This document shows, in pieces, positions 36,250-51,000 of a stretch of DNA of 64,000 nt (within the stretch, counting starts at the first letter, position 1; the number at the start of each line of letters is the position of its first letter). A program made the position numbers and the translations under genes. Under the pieces are notes generated by a model, which had not been told where the DNA came from, ran no database searches, and was given only the letters and a program-made list of their open reading frames with translations. Source of the DNA: Haplodiscus bocki (lineage: Eukaryota); NCBI GenBank assembly GCA_965655095.1, contig OZ296657.1, positions 84,878,001-84,942,000 on the forward strand. The letters run 5' to 3'.

Positions 36250-38975
36250 ATCAGCTCAATCAACAAAACAGACATTACTTTCCTAACGATAAATCATCGC
36301 TGATTTATCACTGCTCCTCGAACTGAAGCAAAACGAAATACTCCTCAACAGTAGCACAACTTTTATAACTGGAGACTTGAACAAGAAATCAACAAACTGG
36401 GAAACAATGTCCTCCAGAGGCACGAACGAAGACTCACTGCTCACTGATCTACTTGACTCAGGTTTTCACGAATTCCTGCATCATGGTGAAGAAAAGCAGC
36501 TCGACGTGCTGCTGACAAACAACCGACATTGTTATTAAGGCCAATCCTGACATGAGTGTTTTCAAGAAAAACTCAATTGACGAAAAACCCTGCTCCAATC
36601 ATCTGCCTCAGCGAACCCTACTAAACCTGACACAAGAGAGATGGCAATCACACACAAACCTGAAAGCATACGGGCTCCGGAAGGCCGACTGGGGAGTGGT
36701 TGTAGAGGCAATTCAAAACCATCCCTTCAACCCATATTGCTACAGTAATACAAACGTACTGCTCGAATTATGGTACTCTTGGATACGGAAAATAATGGAG
36801 GATACCTTGCCAAAAGTCACAAAACATCGCTCTGAACTACCTCCTTGGGTGACTAGCCCGACTTCACACAAGATGAAAAAGCTAGAAACGTTGAAGAGGA
36901 AAAGGAAAACGGGAGTACCAAACGTCAAGCTGGAGCTTAAAATAAAACGATTGTCAAAAGAAATCCATAGTGATGTCGAAACCGACCTGACACAATTTGA
37001 GGAAGATGTTTTCCGCACTCGAGAGTTCAGCAAAATACAGAAATATCTTGTATGTGTTAGAAAGAAACCTGTGATACCCAGCATTGTGAAGCGACAAGGA
37101 ACTCTAGCAACTGACAAAAAACAAAGTGAGGACTTTTTCAACGAATTCTTCTGCAGTGTTTTCCACAAAGACACTCCAAACATCGTGAAGCCATACTATC
37201 CAAATAGACAAGTAAATACAGTCCACATCTCAGAAGGACGTGTCACCGAGCTTCTAGAAACGCTACAGGTTGGAAAAGCAACAGGACCAGATAGGATTGG
37301 AAACTTCTTCCTGCAGAATACAGCAACATCTCTTGCAAAGTCTGTGGCACTCTTATACCGCACGATGGTCAATAAAAGAATCTTTCCGGCTTCTAGGAAA
37401 GTCAGTCAAATCAGCCCCATCCACAAAGATGGGGAAAAGGACTTTGTTGAGCACTATAGACCTATCAGCTTGTTGTGTTGTGTGTCCAAGGTCTTTGAAC
37501 GTATAATCTTCGAAACACTTTACGAAAATCTTCGCCACAAGCTACACCCAGCACAATACGGTTTCCGTCAAAAACGATCTGCCACCCTACAACTTCTGAC
37601 CTTTCTCCACAAAATCTACACCAACTATGATGACGAAGCAGTGAAAGAACTGGGGTAATCTATCTCGATTTTGCAAAAGCATTCGACACAGTTCAACATG
37701 ACATACTGATCACAAAATTACAAGAAGTAGGTATTGGAGGCAAACTCCTACAACTACTTGCATCATACCTAAATCAACGAAAACAATTCGTCAAAGTTGG
37801 TGAAGAATCTTCTGGGCTGAAGGAAGTAACGAGTGGAGTACCCCAGGGTTGAATTCTTGGTCCTTTGTTATTTTTAGTTTTCATTAACGACCTGCGGAAC
37901 AGCATGCAGAACTGTTACGGTTTTGCCGATGACTTTAAAAATCTTGTGAAAAGCCAACAAGAACTCAACGGAAGCACTGCCGCAATTGACTACTGGTGCG
38001 CAACGAACGGAATGCAACTAAATGTGAATAAATGTGGCATACTCGTACTCAGTGGGCAAATGAATGGCAAACTCAGCAACGAGAACATTGCTTCTCTCGA
38101 GACTCAGAAGGACCTAAGTTTGGTAATAACGAAAAGTCTAACTTGGCATAACAACTGTCAACAATGAACAAACAAAGCTCTAAAGGCACTTTTTAGTCTT
38201 AAAAGAAACCTGTCCAGTAACTGCTCTATAAATGTCAAAATCAATGCCTTCACAGGGTACGTGATGCCAATACTCACGTATTGCGCCCAGTCCTGGCTCC
38301 CAAACAACTCCTGTCTTAGAGATATGGAAAGAGTACAGAAGATTGCCACCAAATGGTTTTACGGTAGCCATATAGAATACTGCGAACGACTACTTAAATG
38401 CAACCTACTGCCAGTATCAATGTACCATGAATTGCATGACATCCTTTATCTCGACTCACTGCTGAAAGGAAAATACGACATAGACATCAACAAATTCCTA
38501 TCGAAAACATCAGTTGAATCAACCAGACAAAGTTCGCGGAGTGAACTGGAAGTTACTCGAACCAGGACACAGAAAGCTGATGAGAACTTTTTCATTCGAT
38601 CGAGCATCCTTCACAACATCATGTCACGGGCACTTGCGGGAATGTCGCTAAAGTTTAACAAAAGCAACCTGACTTATTTGTACTGGAACTACTTCACGAC
38701 TAGATACAGCGAAACCAACCCTTGCACATGGAGAATTATCTGTAAATGCAACCATTGCAACCCCACTGGTAAACTCAGCCTTATCGGGACGATACAATGA
38801 AGGGATTCAATTGCCCCAGAGGACCAAACCTCTGAAGCCTCAACTACTACTACTACTAATTGAAACAAAGAAACTGAAAAAACTCGAACTACTGCTGCAT
38901 TAGTTAAAGAACATACATACGAACGGGTTCTTACCCAACCCCTGGACATTTGTCCTAAATCCTTTTATTATTATA
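36250..38975 (+). mobile_element. 5'-truncated L2/CR1-group LINE, relatively young (APE C-terminus, RT, 3' UTR)
   Basis: ITGDLN; KATGPDRI; YRPISLLCCVSKVFERII; QYGFR; IYLDFAKAFDTV; SGVPQG*ILGPLLFLVFINDL; FADD; C-terminal CTW..CKCNHC; (TTA)n tail. One frameshift at about 37655 and stops at about 37850 and 38165. Confidence 0.93.
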
Positions 38976-39399
38976 ATTCTAGAGAAATGAAGAGAAAATT
39001 TTTAAAACCTATGATTTGAAAGTGCTTCTTGGAGATTATCACTCGCATTCAGATGGCCTCTAATATTTTTATTACTTTTTTTTCTTATGGAATAACCGTT
39101 CAGAAAAAAGCGGAAGTTCTCAGGACTTTTCCCCGCGAAATGAATGAACACACAGTCAAAACTATTCTTCTCAACGACCAGTTAGCAGATCTCTCACAAG
39201 TTCCACTCACCATTTCCCGGAACTTCTAAATAATAATGGGAACGGTTTCTCTTCAGCAACTAACGCGAATAGAATGAAATTGTACGCCAAAATATAAAGA
39301 TCTTTTTAATCGCTTCAATTATTCGCTTTTTGAAGTGTCTTGCAAGCAGCCAACTGTGACCTTCCTTCTCCGAATATTCTACTTGTTTTCAAAAAATCA

Positions 39400-40230
39400 C
39401 GAAAAAAATCATTTGAGTTATCCCCCGAGACAGTTTTCCTCACTCAGTCGTCTGGTCTGGGTACGTCTGTCTAGAAGCGAAGGTATTTAGAAGTGAACCG
39501 TCTGTCTAGAAGTGAACCAATGATCGTTTGGAGTCTTCGAGGAACGAAAGAAAAGGGGTGTTTGGCGATAAGTCCCACTTTTTTTTTCTGATAAAGTTTT
39601 TTCATGGTGTTCGCCGCAAATGTTTTTTCCCGTTTATCGCCCGAATAAACCAATTGTTGCGATATTCCTATTGAATAACTTGATTTTTGAAATAGGCCCA
39701 CCAAAGCACGGTAAAATTCTGTGACAAATAATGAAAGCAAACATGATGATTCAATGCATCTTTCAAGGCACTGAGATTGATCTGGACAGCAAAGATTGTC
39801 TTTGCTGTCCAGATCAATCTCACCTATATGTGGACATCTATATGGTTACCCAAGCGCATATCAAAAACCTTCATAAATCACCCCGTTTTACGTGGTTTTT
39901 GCTCTGCATTTGGTTTGAAGAGTGCAAAATATCGTCACCATCAAAAACTGCCGACAGTTCGGGTTTATATTGTGCAGATTGAAATGAGCAGTATTGTTGA
40001 CGAGACAATAACCACATTTCGGGGTTAAGTGGAACAAAAACGAGGATGTCTATGCCGTGTCGTAGAGAAGGCAATAGTTATCAGGGTAACGATATATAAA
40101 CGAGATATCAGTGTCTATCATCGCCTGCCCTCCAGAAGCCCGGGATCACACCCAACAAAAGCGAACTTTGTCTGACGTGAAACCAAGTTTCACGTTACCA
40201 CACACAAAAGAAATTCAAAATACTCAATAA
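39400..40230 (+). mobile_element. Possible Tc1/mariner transposase remnant
   Basis: PDQSHLYVD (cf. SDE.HF) and PSRSP(D)HT (cf. WP.RSPDL.P) in the expected order; heavily decayed. Confidence 0.3.
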
Positions 40231-40559
40231 AAAATTCAATTTAATGATGACATAACACTACTGTGGGAAAATTTAACAAGAGTTCATGCCAGCGCCCCGA
40301 TGTAATATAAGTTTCTATGTTCAGAGGAAAAACATCTTTAACATTGTCCAACGATAAAGCATATTTTGAATGAGGTATTTGATCTGCGTAAATAGGACAA
40401 AAAAATTGTTGATTGCGTATGTAGCAAATTGGGGCATCTTCGGCAAAGGACTCTCCAAATAGAGCGACCCCACTTAGTTGCAAAAATGAACCAAAAAAAA
40501 ACATTCAGTAATTACATCGAATCCCGTCGAGAAGGCAAATAATGGATTTTCACGTCAAA

Positions 40560-42800
40560 AATTGTCCGCTTAGTAAAAAAGTTGATAACTCAGGTTGTTG
40601 TTTAGAGTTTTCTGGCAAAAACAAACCATCCGTTGTATGTTTATTGCAACCATGAAAAGCAAAAATAAAGGAACTTCAAATGTTACAATTAAACATTTAC
40701 TTGCCTCCGACATTTCATTCTGCATTCATTTGAAATGACGGAGTACTTGTTTATGTACACGAAACCATCCAAAATCAGGTGGTAAGCACTAAAACAAACA
40801 TATTTCGTAAAAGTATTGAAGGAACGAAAGAGAACAACCAATGATTTTGTCGCTGGCTTGTACATATGTCTGTTGTTCAAACTTTCTTCATTTTTGAAGG
40901 AGCTTGAATTGTTACTAATTGATAGATCTAATGTTTTGAGCTCCCAGTTACTTATTGTATGCAAGAAGGAAGTGATCTTTTGAAACAAAACAGTTCGTCT
41001 AGTAAAAATTCGAATATTTTGCAGCAAAACGGAGTGACGCAACTATCAGTGACTGCAACGCGCACTACCAAAGATTTACTAACTCTAATCAATCACGTAG
41101 TTAAAAATATTTTCTTGGACGTTCCTGAATGTGGCAAACAAGACGCTGGTTCATCTGACCATTGTGTTATTTTCGTCATTTTGCCATTTATTTGCTCAAA
41201 AAACCTGATATTGTTGAAACTCCATATAGAGTTTTTCGTTTCATTTAATATGAAAGTGCCAGACAAATTTGTCTGAAATTAATTTCAAACAAACTGAAAC
41301 TGCCAAATCTATGTGATGACCTTGATGAGCAATTTGAATTGTTTTTGACTCCATATAAGATGGTATTCAACAACGTAGTTCTCTAAAACAATGCAAGAAG
41401 GAAACTTGTACACCAGCTTGTTTCAGAATGATAGTAAGAAAGCCATTGTTAAAGCAAGACGGCAAATGAAATGGTTTTGAGAAACACCAATTGCCTTGGT
41501 TGGAACCAGACTCCAAAAACTGAACAAAAAAGTATTGTTAAGGAAGCCAAATCTAATCAATTCTGAAATTTCCGTTCAAATTGTATGAATAAGCCTAAAA
41601 AATTCTGGACGACGCTTAACGAAATGCCAAGGAAAATAGCATGAAAACAAATCTTGTTGATAGAAATGACAAAAAGAAACCATAAATTCCTTTACAGTTC
41701 TTGTTGATATGTTAAACGAAAAAACTGTTAACTTTAGAACTACTGTTGAAAATCCATCCACACAGTTGCTTTAGGAATAGATTAGAAATATCGGTTATGT
41801 TAACGATTATATGGTTGCCTATCCAACTAGTATGACTGATGTTTTTCTTACGATAGGCAGTTTGGAAAAACATAAAGCTATTGGAGTTGATGGTGTCTCT
41901 GCTCAAGTGCTTAAAATTTCGCTTTCGCTGATTTTTTTCCTTTTAACTCATATCATTATTCTACACCTGTCATGCGGTTGCATCCCCAACTGTCCAAAGA
42001 ATGCAAATTTGTGTCCTTCACAGAAATCGGGTTAAAAACAGAATATCAAAAAATATAGCTTGATTTCGATCTTACCAGCTATTGGTAAATTGTCCGAGAA
42101 AACCGTGTATTATTGACTTTATTCATTTTTCCAATGAAACAATAAAGTCTTTTAATCGAAGCAGCTTGGCTTCCGTAGTAAACAAAGTACGATTGACACT
42201 CACGCTGAAATAACAGAACCAATTAGGCAACCGAGCACTGACACATTTACGTGTGTGTTGCTTGATTTGAGTTAATCTTTTGAACCAAATTATCATGAAG
42301 TTTAATTAGCTATACTGGAAAAATATGGTGCCTGAGGAATTTGTTTAGAGTGGCCTGAATCATATTAAAAAAAGACACCAGTGTGTTTTAGAGGCTGATG
42401 TGCTTTGCGAATTTATGTACACCTGCTTCCAGGAGTACTGCAAGGCTCAATTCGTGGGCTTTTGCTGTTTTTGATATACGTCACTGATCTACAAAGTGCC
42501 TGTGAATTTTCTAACTCAACTTTTTTCTGCTGACGGTACGAAATTTTTTTATCGAAAAGATCAGGATGTTTTGTTTTTGCTGAATAGAATTTGAAAAGTA
42601 CTCTAAAATGTTTACCTGTCAAAAAACTTGTTCTAAATATAGATGAAACTCAAGCCATCAACTTCTTGAAAAATCAAGGCGATGACATTCTTTTATCAGA
42701 CTCCACCATTGAGCGAAGTGATTGGGAAATTATAACGACATTTTATGCTATATTTAATTAAACTTTTTTTTTCATACTGCTGAGTTATTCAAAAATTTGT
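40560..42800 (+). mobile_element. Old degenerate LINE (APE-RT)
   Basis: SDHCVIF; KAIGVDGVSAQVLK; ISILPAIGKL; QLGFRSKQST; VLQGSIRGLLLFLIYVTDL. Confidence 0.75.
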
Positions 42801-43096
42801 CAAAATACAATCCGTAAAAGGTATTTTGTTTTATCAGTAGAATGTATCTGTAAAGATGAGCGCAAAAAATCTAAGGTCCACACCGGACATGCTCATTTTA
42901 ATTTAATTTCTTTGCCAATTGAATCCTGGTCTGTGAATCGTAAATGTTTGCGTTTTTGGTGGAAAACTAATCAATTGCTCAGTAGAAACAGGTTTCAGTA
43001 CATTTGATTTTTCCACAAAAAAAGAATCAAGCGGAAATCTTTGAAACACATGCAAAAAAGAAAAGTAAAAGTTCAAATTGTATACAATGTTTTTCA

Positions 43097-44050
43097 ATGA
43101 GATTGCTTAATGTTTGCTGTTACAATGTTCGGGCTCTCATTTTGTTTTTGGAAGGTCCCTTCTCAAAGTGCTATTCATATTCTGTTTTTACATGAATATA
43201 CTTCTTTTAAAAAAGATTATATTGTTCCATAATTGGTTTTAATCAGAGAAAATGAATTTTTTCCCTACGTCTTCGTCTTGATTTCCATTCTCAAACCTCC
43301 TTCTGCTAACATCTTCTGCAAAGTAGCAGTTGTAGTCAGTTTGAAACTTGCCTTTTTTAACGGAACTTGGAGAATCTGAGAGGTCTTTTTCATCTTCTCG
43401 TACTTGTTAGTTTGCTTCGATCCAACGCAAGGCCAATCAATTCTTGCTTCGAGAACCCTCGTTGTATTTTTGTTAATCTGTTGAACTCTCTTAATGAAAA
43501 ATTTCAATTAGCCAGTCCTGTTCCATACTTTTTTCCAGGTACCCTGACCTGCACTGTAAATTGAGACCTGTCGTTAATTTTTTTTAGCCGTCTTCTTGGC
43601 AACCTAAGTTACTTTTTTTGCACAAACTTTTGATTACTGTGCAACAATGTTAAGCTGAAATGCTCTTGAGTAGACGCATTTTTCAGTTAATTTTCCGTTA
43701 ATTTCGCCACAAATAAATTTGAAGAACGATGTGGTCAGTTTTTACAAGAGTTCAAAGAAATCAATGCCGTTGCTCGTTTTAAAGCAGGTCTTTTCAAAAA
43801 GCAGCTTCTCTGGTTTTTAGGTTGTTCCTTTCCTTTATTTTTCTCACTGATAGACATTCAACATTCAAAAAGTTCTCTGAGCTCGATAAATAAAGTGATC
43901 GATGATTGTTGTGAAAATCTGAACTTCCAACAAATATTGTTGCTCTGCGGGCAATGTTTTTTCAATCAGGCCAAAATTTGGCCACATCATCCATTAATAG
44001 TGCCTGTCGGGACGAAACACATCTAGTTTTTACTAAAAAAGTGAATTTAC
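43097..44050 (+). mobile_element. LINE APE endonuclease fragment
   Basis: LNVCCYNVRAL (N-terminal N-x-R motif) and a HHPL motif near 43985; frameshifted. Confidence 0.4.
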
Positions 44051-47000
44051 TGAGACCATCATTACTTTTTTTCCTCCAGGACTGTTTTTCTCACTCCCCG
44101 GCTTCATCCTCCGGGATCCAGTTGTCCTTATCATCCTCCAAGCTCCAGTTGGAAAATATTAGCTGGCCATCTCCAATAAACCCTAAAACTCAAAAGTCCA
44201 AAACTCGGGTCCCGTCTTCAACGGGCTACTTTAATTCAAACTCACAAAACTTTTTGTGCTGTCAGAGGCAAAAATAAATCCACATCTCCCGGATGCTACA
44301 GACGTTAGCTGAGATCCTTACTCTGCTTTTTCCCTATCCAACATGGTGAACGACAATGGTCTCACCGAGTTTTATAGTTTCCCCTAGTCTGAGCTCAGGC
44401 TAGTTTATGTACCTTACGCTGTCCAAAAGCAAAATCACAAATTATATCCTCTTTGCAGCTGACTAAGCAGGCCTCCAACAGATCAAGAGTCCAGTAGCCA
44501 GGCACCTCAACACCAACCAACTCTGTCTAACAACGTTATGTGGTTCTGATGTGTTCGATCAAGGACTTATACTGTCCTCACGCACCCTTTCTGGAGGGGT
44601 TCAAGATACAGAGCCTCATACTGGATTTTGTGCCCAAAAGGGCACCTGAATGCAGCATCTTCTACCCTGTTGCGTTGGATCGCCGTCAGTAGCTCGTTTT
44701 CGCTGGACAATGATCTGTACAGTTCATCTAAGCGTTATTTAGAGTATACCGTCACTGGATTCCCTCTTAGTACGCAAGGCAATTTTCTTTTCTGTAAAAA
44801 TTGGGTCAAATTTACGGACAGTATATCGCCTCTCCCTGCTTTCTCTGACAACACTTCTTCAATCATTTTACAGTCAAAGTCGACATTTTTAACTGTAATA
44901 TTCGTCCCGACAAAAAAAGTTCTCGAAAATAGTGTGCTCAAAGAGTAATGTAAATTGCAGAATTATCAGTTTTTACTGCTTAACATGATGTTTCTGATGA
45001 GAGTGCGTTCCTCACGTTACAGAGTCAAAAATTAGTTTCCAGTATCTAATTGTTCGTCAAAATTTAGGTTGTTGTTTCACATCTTTCATAAATCATCGTG
45101 ATATATTTGAAGTTTTTGGATGTAACGGAATTCACTGGAAAATCCGAAATCACGAGGACACGTATCTCCAACCGAAAAGAATGCAAAGCGTGCTAAATCC
45201 AGTCAGTCTTGTATTTGCGTTGTTACAGTTAACTGAAAACAACTACAGAAAGTGACTGATTCATTTCTTTGTTCTTTGTTTTGCTATTTCGTCTGCAAGG
45301 AATTTGAGGAGTTTCTACTTAAAGTGTGTTTCTCTGGAAAGCTTCAGCTGATCCGCCATGTGGAAGTTCATATTTCTGGCCCAAAGATTGCAAAAAGAGA
45401 CTGAAACTCCTGAATCCAGAACCAATTTGGGCATCGGTGGATACAGTGTTCAGGCTTTAGCTTTTTTGATCAATTTATACTTTGGAATTCACATAGACTG
45501 GCCCACTGTCAACTCGGATAGAAATAGCAAATCAATCAAAAAATTCCCTTTTGATGTAATGAAATGAAGAGTGTTGCTTTGACCGAGGAACCTAACAGCC
45601 ATATAATCCTGTGAACCCTCTCTCCGCTTCTAAGAAAATGATCTCTGTCGCGTGTCTCTGTTGCTCAATCAGAATAAGCGGACAAATACAAAAAAAGTTT
45701 TTAAGCATTTTTTTAGAGCAATGTTGCTTTACAAGTCAATATCACATCCTGTATGTTCGACAAATGAAAGTTTCTGAAAGCAGCATCTAGAAGATGTCAA
45801 ACTGCTCGTCAACCAACACTAAAATGCATGCCTTATGTTCCACCGTCACTTGCAACCTCTATGACCTTAACAGATACGGTTAGTTTGAAAAACCAAAGTT
45901 TCCGTTTGACTGGTACCACCAAATTCAAACGGCGTTTGGCACTTTGGATAAAGGGACAATATTAAATGGCAGTACCGAACCGTACCGAGAAGCTCGGATG
46001 AAAACAGTCGCTTATCTTCAGAAACTGAAAGAAAACTTCAAGAAAATGAAATTTCACACGACTTGCATGGATCAGTTTGTATTTCAATCGAATTGTGCTC
46101 TAACTTTCCTGTCGTAGCAACAGCTGCTTTTGTTAAAAGTTCTTGACGAATGATTAAAAGTTTTCACATTTTGATCGGTTTCAGATCTTATGCAATGTAA
46201 CTAATTATATGCCACACTCGGTGGCAGTAGTTTCAATCATTGCCGAAACATTTGTTTCTATATGCTCAAAAACTGGAAATAATTGAATGTTCACTTTTAT
46301 CTTTAGACCGACAAAGTACACCGTTAACGCCGTTAGCGTTCCGGTTCGACACCGTTAACGCTGTTAAACCAGAAAAAACTTGTGTCTATAAAAAATCTGT
46401 TTTTCTCACTCCATGAAGAACGAAAAAACTCATGGTCAATCATTTACTTGACAAAGGACTACGAAGCTTTTAGAGCATTTTTCCTCGAAAGTGTGGGAAA
46501 ATTGCAAGGGACCGGAGTCTGGGCCTGAACGTGACGGCATTGGTAGTGTCATTGAACTTGCCATTGCCAAGCAAGTTTACAAAAATATTGATCATTTTAG
46601 GACTTGACTAATTGGAGTCTTGCAGAAGTTTTGACAGTTAATAACGCTCAGTCAGTTTGATTACGCACTTTCTACGGCTGACATGTCCTGTTGAGGTCAG
46701 TCTTTTATCTGTTTGCTTGACTTTTGTCGTTAAACTCTGTTACAGACTTACCTGATTGACTTCTGCGAGTAAAGCTTCTGTCGGAGACTTATTATTCAAG
46801 AATTTTCTGAAAAACTCTCTAGCCACTTGACTTTCTCAGGGCCATGTATAAAGATTCAGCAATAGATTTAAAAAAAAAATTCTCAGGTGGCTTTACCAAA
46901 AACAGTGCCTACATTGATTTGTTTCAAGAAACTTCTCGATCGTACAAAAATTGGCACTGAACCTCTATATATCCCAGTAAACGGACTAGAACATCAAACA

Positions 47001-47799
47001 ATAAAAAATTTGAAAACGGACTAGCTGATTCTCAGCAGCCATCAGAGTGTTTGTATCTACACTACTCGCGGAAAGGCTAGACCGCAGTACACGCAAACAC
47101 AGGACGTAAAATTGCATCGGACTGAAAAAATTTCTCGTTGCGCATCGCATATCAATCCCAATTATGTTTTTCCTTCACCCGAATTTTGATTCAAGAAGTT
47201 TCAAATTACGTTTTGGTGTGGTCGAATAAGGTCTTTTTTTTCCATTTTTTCTTCCTCAGATTTTGTTTCCCCGACTTTGGGCCTGTTAATTCTAACATCG
47301 AAACAAAACATCAATTGTATTTTAATGGTTCAGTTCTGAAAGACGTAACAAACTTCCTGCCGAAATACTTTAGTACTATTTGGTCTTTCCTTCTCTGGGA
47401 AATTGGTTTTTTGAACTTAGGGGGAAATTTTCCCTTTATAAAACGCCTTCTTTCCTTTACTTATAATCCAATGATTTTCAAAATTTCAGTAGTGTTACAT
47501 TTGATATAAAATGCACTGTGCTTCAAATGGCGTTCAAGACAAAATATTATTTTTGTTCGACAATATTCTTCTTTTGGAGAATTTTGAAAGAAGTCAAAAA
47601 GCGACAACAGCCAGTTCCCGATCGTTTTGGCAAGAGTGAAAAATTTTTCATTCAAATGTTTTGGTTTTTTTTGGATAACGGATTGAAGAGCCAACAATGA
47701 ACAGTCCAATTTCTTTTTGAAACAAAATTATTTTTGAAGGATTTACCATTGAGCTCAAAGGCAGTAAGCGGTTACAATGGTCAAATTGTTCGATACTGG

Positions 47800-48028
47800 A
47801 TGAAAAGAAACGTCCGTAGGTTTGAAAAAAGCTGACCTGACAGGAAAAATAAAGGCTTCACGTAAACAACCTGCGGGCGCAGTTAAATTTCCACCAATTA
47901 CCTTCGGAAACCGCAGGCAATCGTTACCTACGGAGATTTTTGCCTGCATCCTTAGGTATTTTTACCTGCGGAACAGTTTACTTGCGGCCTTCGCAGGTAA
48001 ATTTTCACGCGCCAGTTTTACCGTGTAG
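47800..48028. repeat. MITE-like remnant with repeated (A)CCTGCG/CGCAGG units ending TTTTACCGTGTA
   Basis: Several direct and inverted ACCTGCG motifs; the partner TIR was not found. Confidence 0.35.
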
Positions 48029-48074
48029 AATTACTTAACTCGCAGTTTCCAGTTTTTCTACGGAGCTGATAAAA

Positions 48075-51000
48075 ATGTCAGGAGGAACTGAGAAGCTCAC
48101 TCAGCCAATTTATTCGTTACTATTAACTTCCGTCTTAGAGCGGATGAGGATGAAAGTGTCAAGCTGGAAAGTGCCAGTTCCTCTCCGGATAAATCAAAAT
48201 ATTGGGAAGTTTTGGTGGAACAAGTTAAACTCGTATCAGCATCGTTTTCTGCAAGCCCCCGTGCCGAAAGAAATCTTTGAACAAAATGAATCAAATGCAG
48301 TGTTATCACCCAGGAAGGGGGCCTTGTCGATTAGCAATAGCATGTCAATTTGATTATCGTGAAAGTTTTCCCACCAAACGCTACCACGGAACAAACAAGA
48401 TGATATTGAGTTAGCTCGAGTGCGACAATATTTCGAGGACAAGAATTTAAAAGTGTGACTGAAAGTTCTGGTGGCAAATGAAAAAGAAGGAAGAACATCT
48501 GAGGAGCGGAAAAAAGCTTCGGGAGATCAAAAGACATCGAGATTATTTTGAACACGAAATTGAATAAGCTGAACGTCTGCCTGCCACAATTCGAGAAAGT
48601 GAAGACATCGATGATTTGCCTACAGAACAAACTCGATTTCGAGGAACGTGAATGAGAGCACTTCGAAGCGTAAAATGGCAAAAGTTCAAATGGTTATTGA
48701 TAGCTGAGTATGATCTAGCTGTGTCCGTAACCACGGAAACCCCTCCATTTTTCAAAATTAATGCGGCAACATATCTCTTTCCTGATTTCTTGATACCGAC
48801 AACAAAATGTTTTTACCCAGATTTGGTGCCAAAACAATGATGCATTTGATCTGGCACGAATCTCAAACTCATTCACGAGGGTTTCATTTTTTCTTATCCG
48901 AAGGGTCATAGTCATTCAGCCAGTGGATCTCCCTCTACGTTGACGTCTTCACTTGTTCGTCGTGCATTCCCAGACCCATTGGCTGCTGCAACCAGTTGCC
49001 GGAAAATTGGTGCCCTGGCGTGTAAGTTTGCCAGAAGGGCAATTCAACAGAATCTTGGATCGTTCGCCAGCGCCCAAGGTGTCTACAGATTATTTGGTCT
49101 TGGAATTAGGCAGCAAACCGGTCGATGAAATCGAGTGGATCCGACCGAATGTTGTTCAGGAGTAAAACACGAAAAAAGAACGGAACCAAGGATGGAAAGA
49201 ATTTTCCTAAGCTAAAGATGATGAGGATTTACCTTGACGGACCAAAAATCAAGACGTACGGGAAGAGACTTTTCTGGTGACAAGATTTTTGTCGAAGAAG
49301 TGGATGCAATCTTTCTGAATAAACCACCCTTAACTACGAAACTCCTCTTAGATTGTCTAAGAATCAGTCAAGACACTTTGAAACGTGATCTCACAAAAAA
49401 ATCAACACCAAGTTGCCTCCCCGTAGACATTAAAAGTGAGAAAGTCTTGACATAGTTTGGGCGGAGGTTGAAGAAGTCACACTTAAGACTTCCCCCAAGA
49501 AGAAAAACAGAAGAACGATTACGAAAAAACGGTATCATGTTTGAAACTATTGAACGGCTTCGCAACTCCACATTTGGAGAAAATCAACGAAAAAAGTGTG
49601 AAGCACTCGTCGTGGACTTTCGGACTGTTGAACAAGTACGCCAAATACCCAACGAGTATGTTCGGTCTGAATTTTTATCGAAACTTGCTTGGCGGAACAA
49701 CCTATCCCTACACCTTCTTCGTAGCTCAAAGCCTTCACGAAAACAAAATTGTGCCAACAATTACCGCAGCAAGTGCCTACGCCCAAACCTCACCCTTTGC
49801 CAAAACTACAGGTATTCCTCCAAGTACGGCCAACGCTGGCAACGCATTGCCAAGAAATAGGCCGGGAGAAGAACACACTTGCTTTTTATGGATTCATTAG
49901 TTCGAGAAGGCCCCAAAATACAAAAAAAACTTACATTGTTCATAGCACATCGCATGGAATCCACCAATAAAATAACCAGTGAGGCTGCTTCCCCAACTGA
50001 CAAGAACAGGACTACACCCAAGGGCGACTCTATGGACTCACCACCCCGTGTTCGATGGATCGGGTTACTGACATGGCGAACACACCCATCAACCGAAACG
50101 TTCTTGATCTGCGCATGGAATGAATCCTCGTAATCAAGACAAACTCCAGTTACTTTTGAAGGGTTTCTCGGAAAACAAAACCTAAGCCACCTTTTATCTA
50201 GTGCTTTTACAGGAGGACTTTTTCATTGACGTTAGTGCTTGGCAAGGAAGGGATTTAACTCACATGGAAAGACTTGTTGCTGGACCCGAAAAAGTTGCTT
50301 TAAATATTAAGGCTACAGAAACCGAAACTAAAATCTTCGTGGCACAGGAAAAATGTACCTGAAAACCTAAGTGTAAACCACTTGAACGACAAAATGATGT
50401 GGTACTACGTCTTGATAAGAAAAGAACGATTGGCCTTGCAGCCGAATCAACTATTCTGACACTTTTTGCAAAACCGGGAAGTTGAGTTTCGCTGGAACGG
50501 CGGATCAAAAATGGATCAAAAATCCTCTATCAAAAAACATTCAGCTCGAAAGGAACTCTGCTAGACCTTAATTGAATCAGAAAAACAACAATGTGCTGTG
50601 GTTGAGGTAAACAAAAAACCATTGCCACGAACGAGTTGACCAGTTCAGCATGTTTAGCAGTTTCTATTCTTTCAATGAGGACCCTTATTTTGGTTATGCT
50701 TACGGACCTGTTTTCTACATTTGTGTTTCGAACAGAATAGAGCCTGGTTTCATGTGTCCATGTCACTATAGGGCCCATCGATTCGTCTGTTGGCCACAAA
50801 GACCATGAAAATTGGTTTGTTACGAAGTTTCTGACTGAGTAAAAACTTGTTGTTCTTACTATATCACACACTTATCTGAAAAAGTTTCAAGTGGTACATC
50901 GGATTTTTTGAATGCCTGATGATGGGTTAGAAATATCTTGGTTCTTTTCATGATATTGGGAAGTTATATGTTAAATTTAGCCACCAACGTTTCGAAAAAC

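Noticed and set aside
44330-44941. Esterase-type LINE ORF1 on the minus strand
   Set aside because: Motif resemblance (LLDS, IVVHHVG) is weak and the spacing is unconvincing.
45121-45227. Solo LTR (TGTAAC...GTTACA)
   Set aside because: Very short, no TSD and no second copy in the window.
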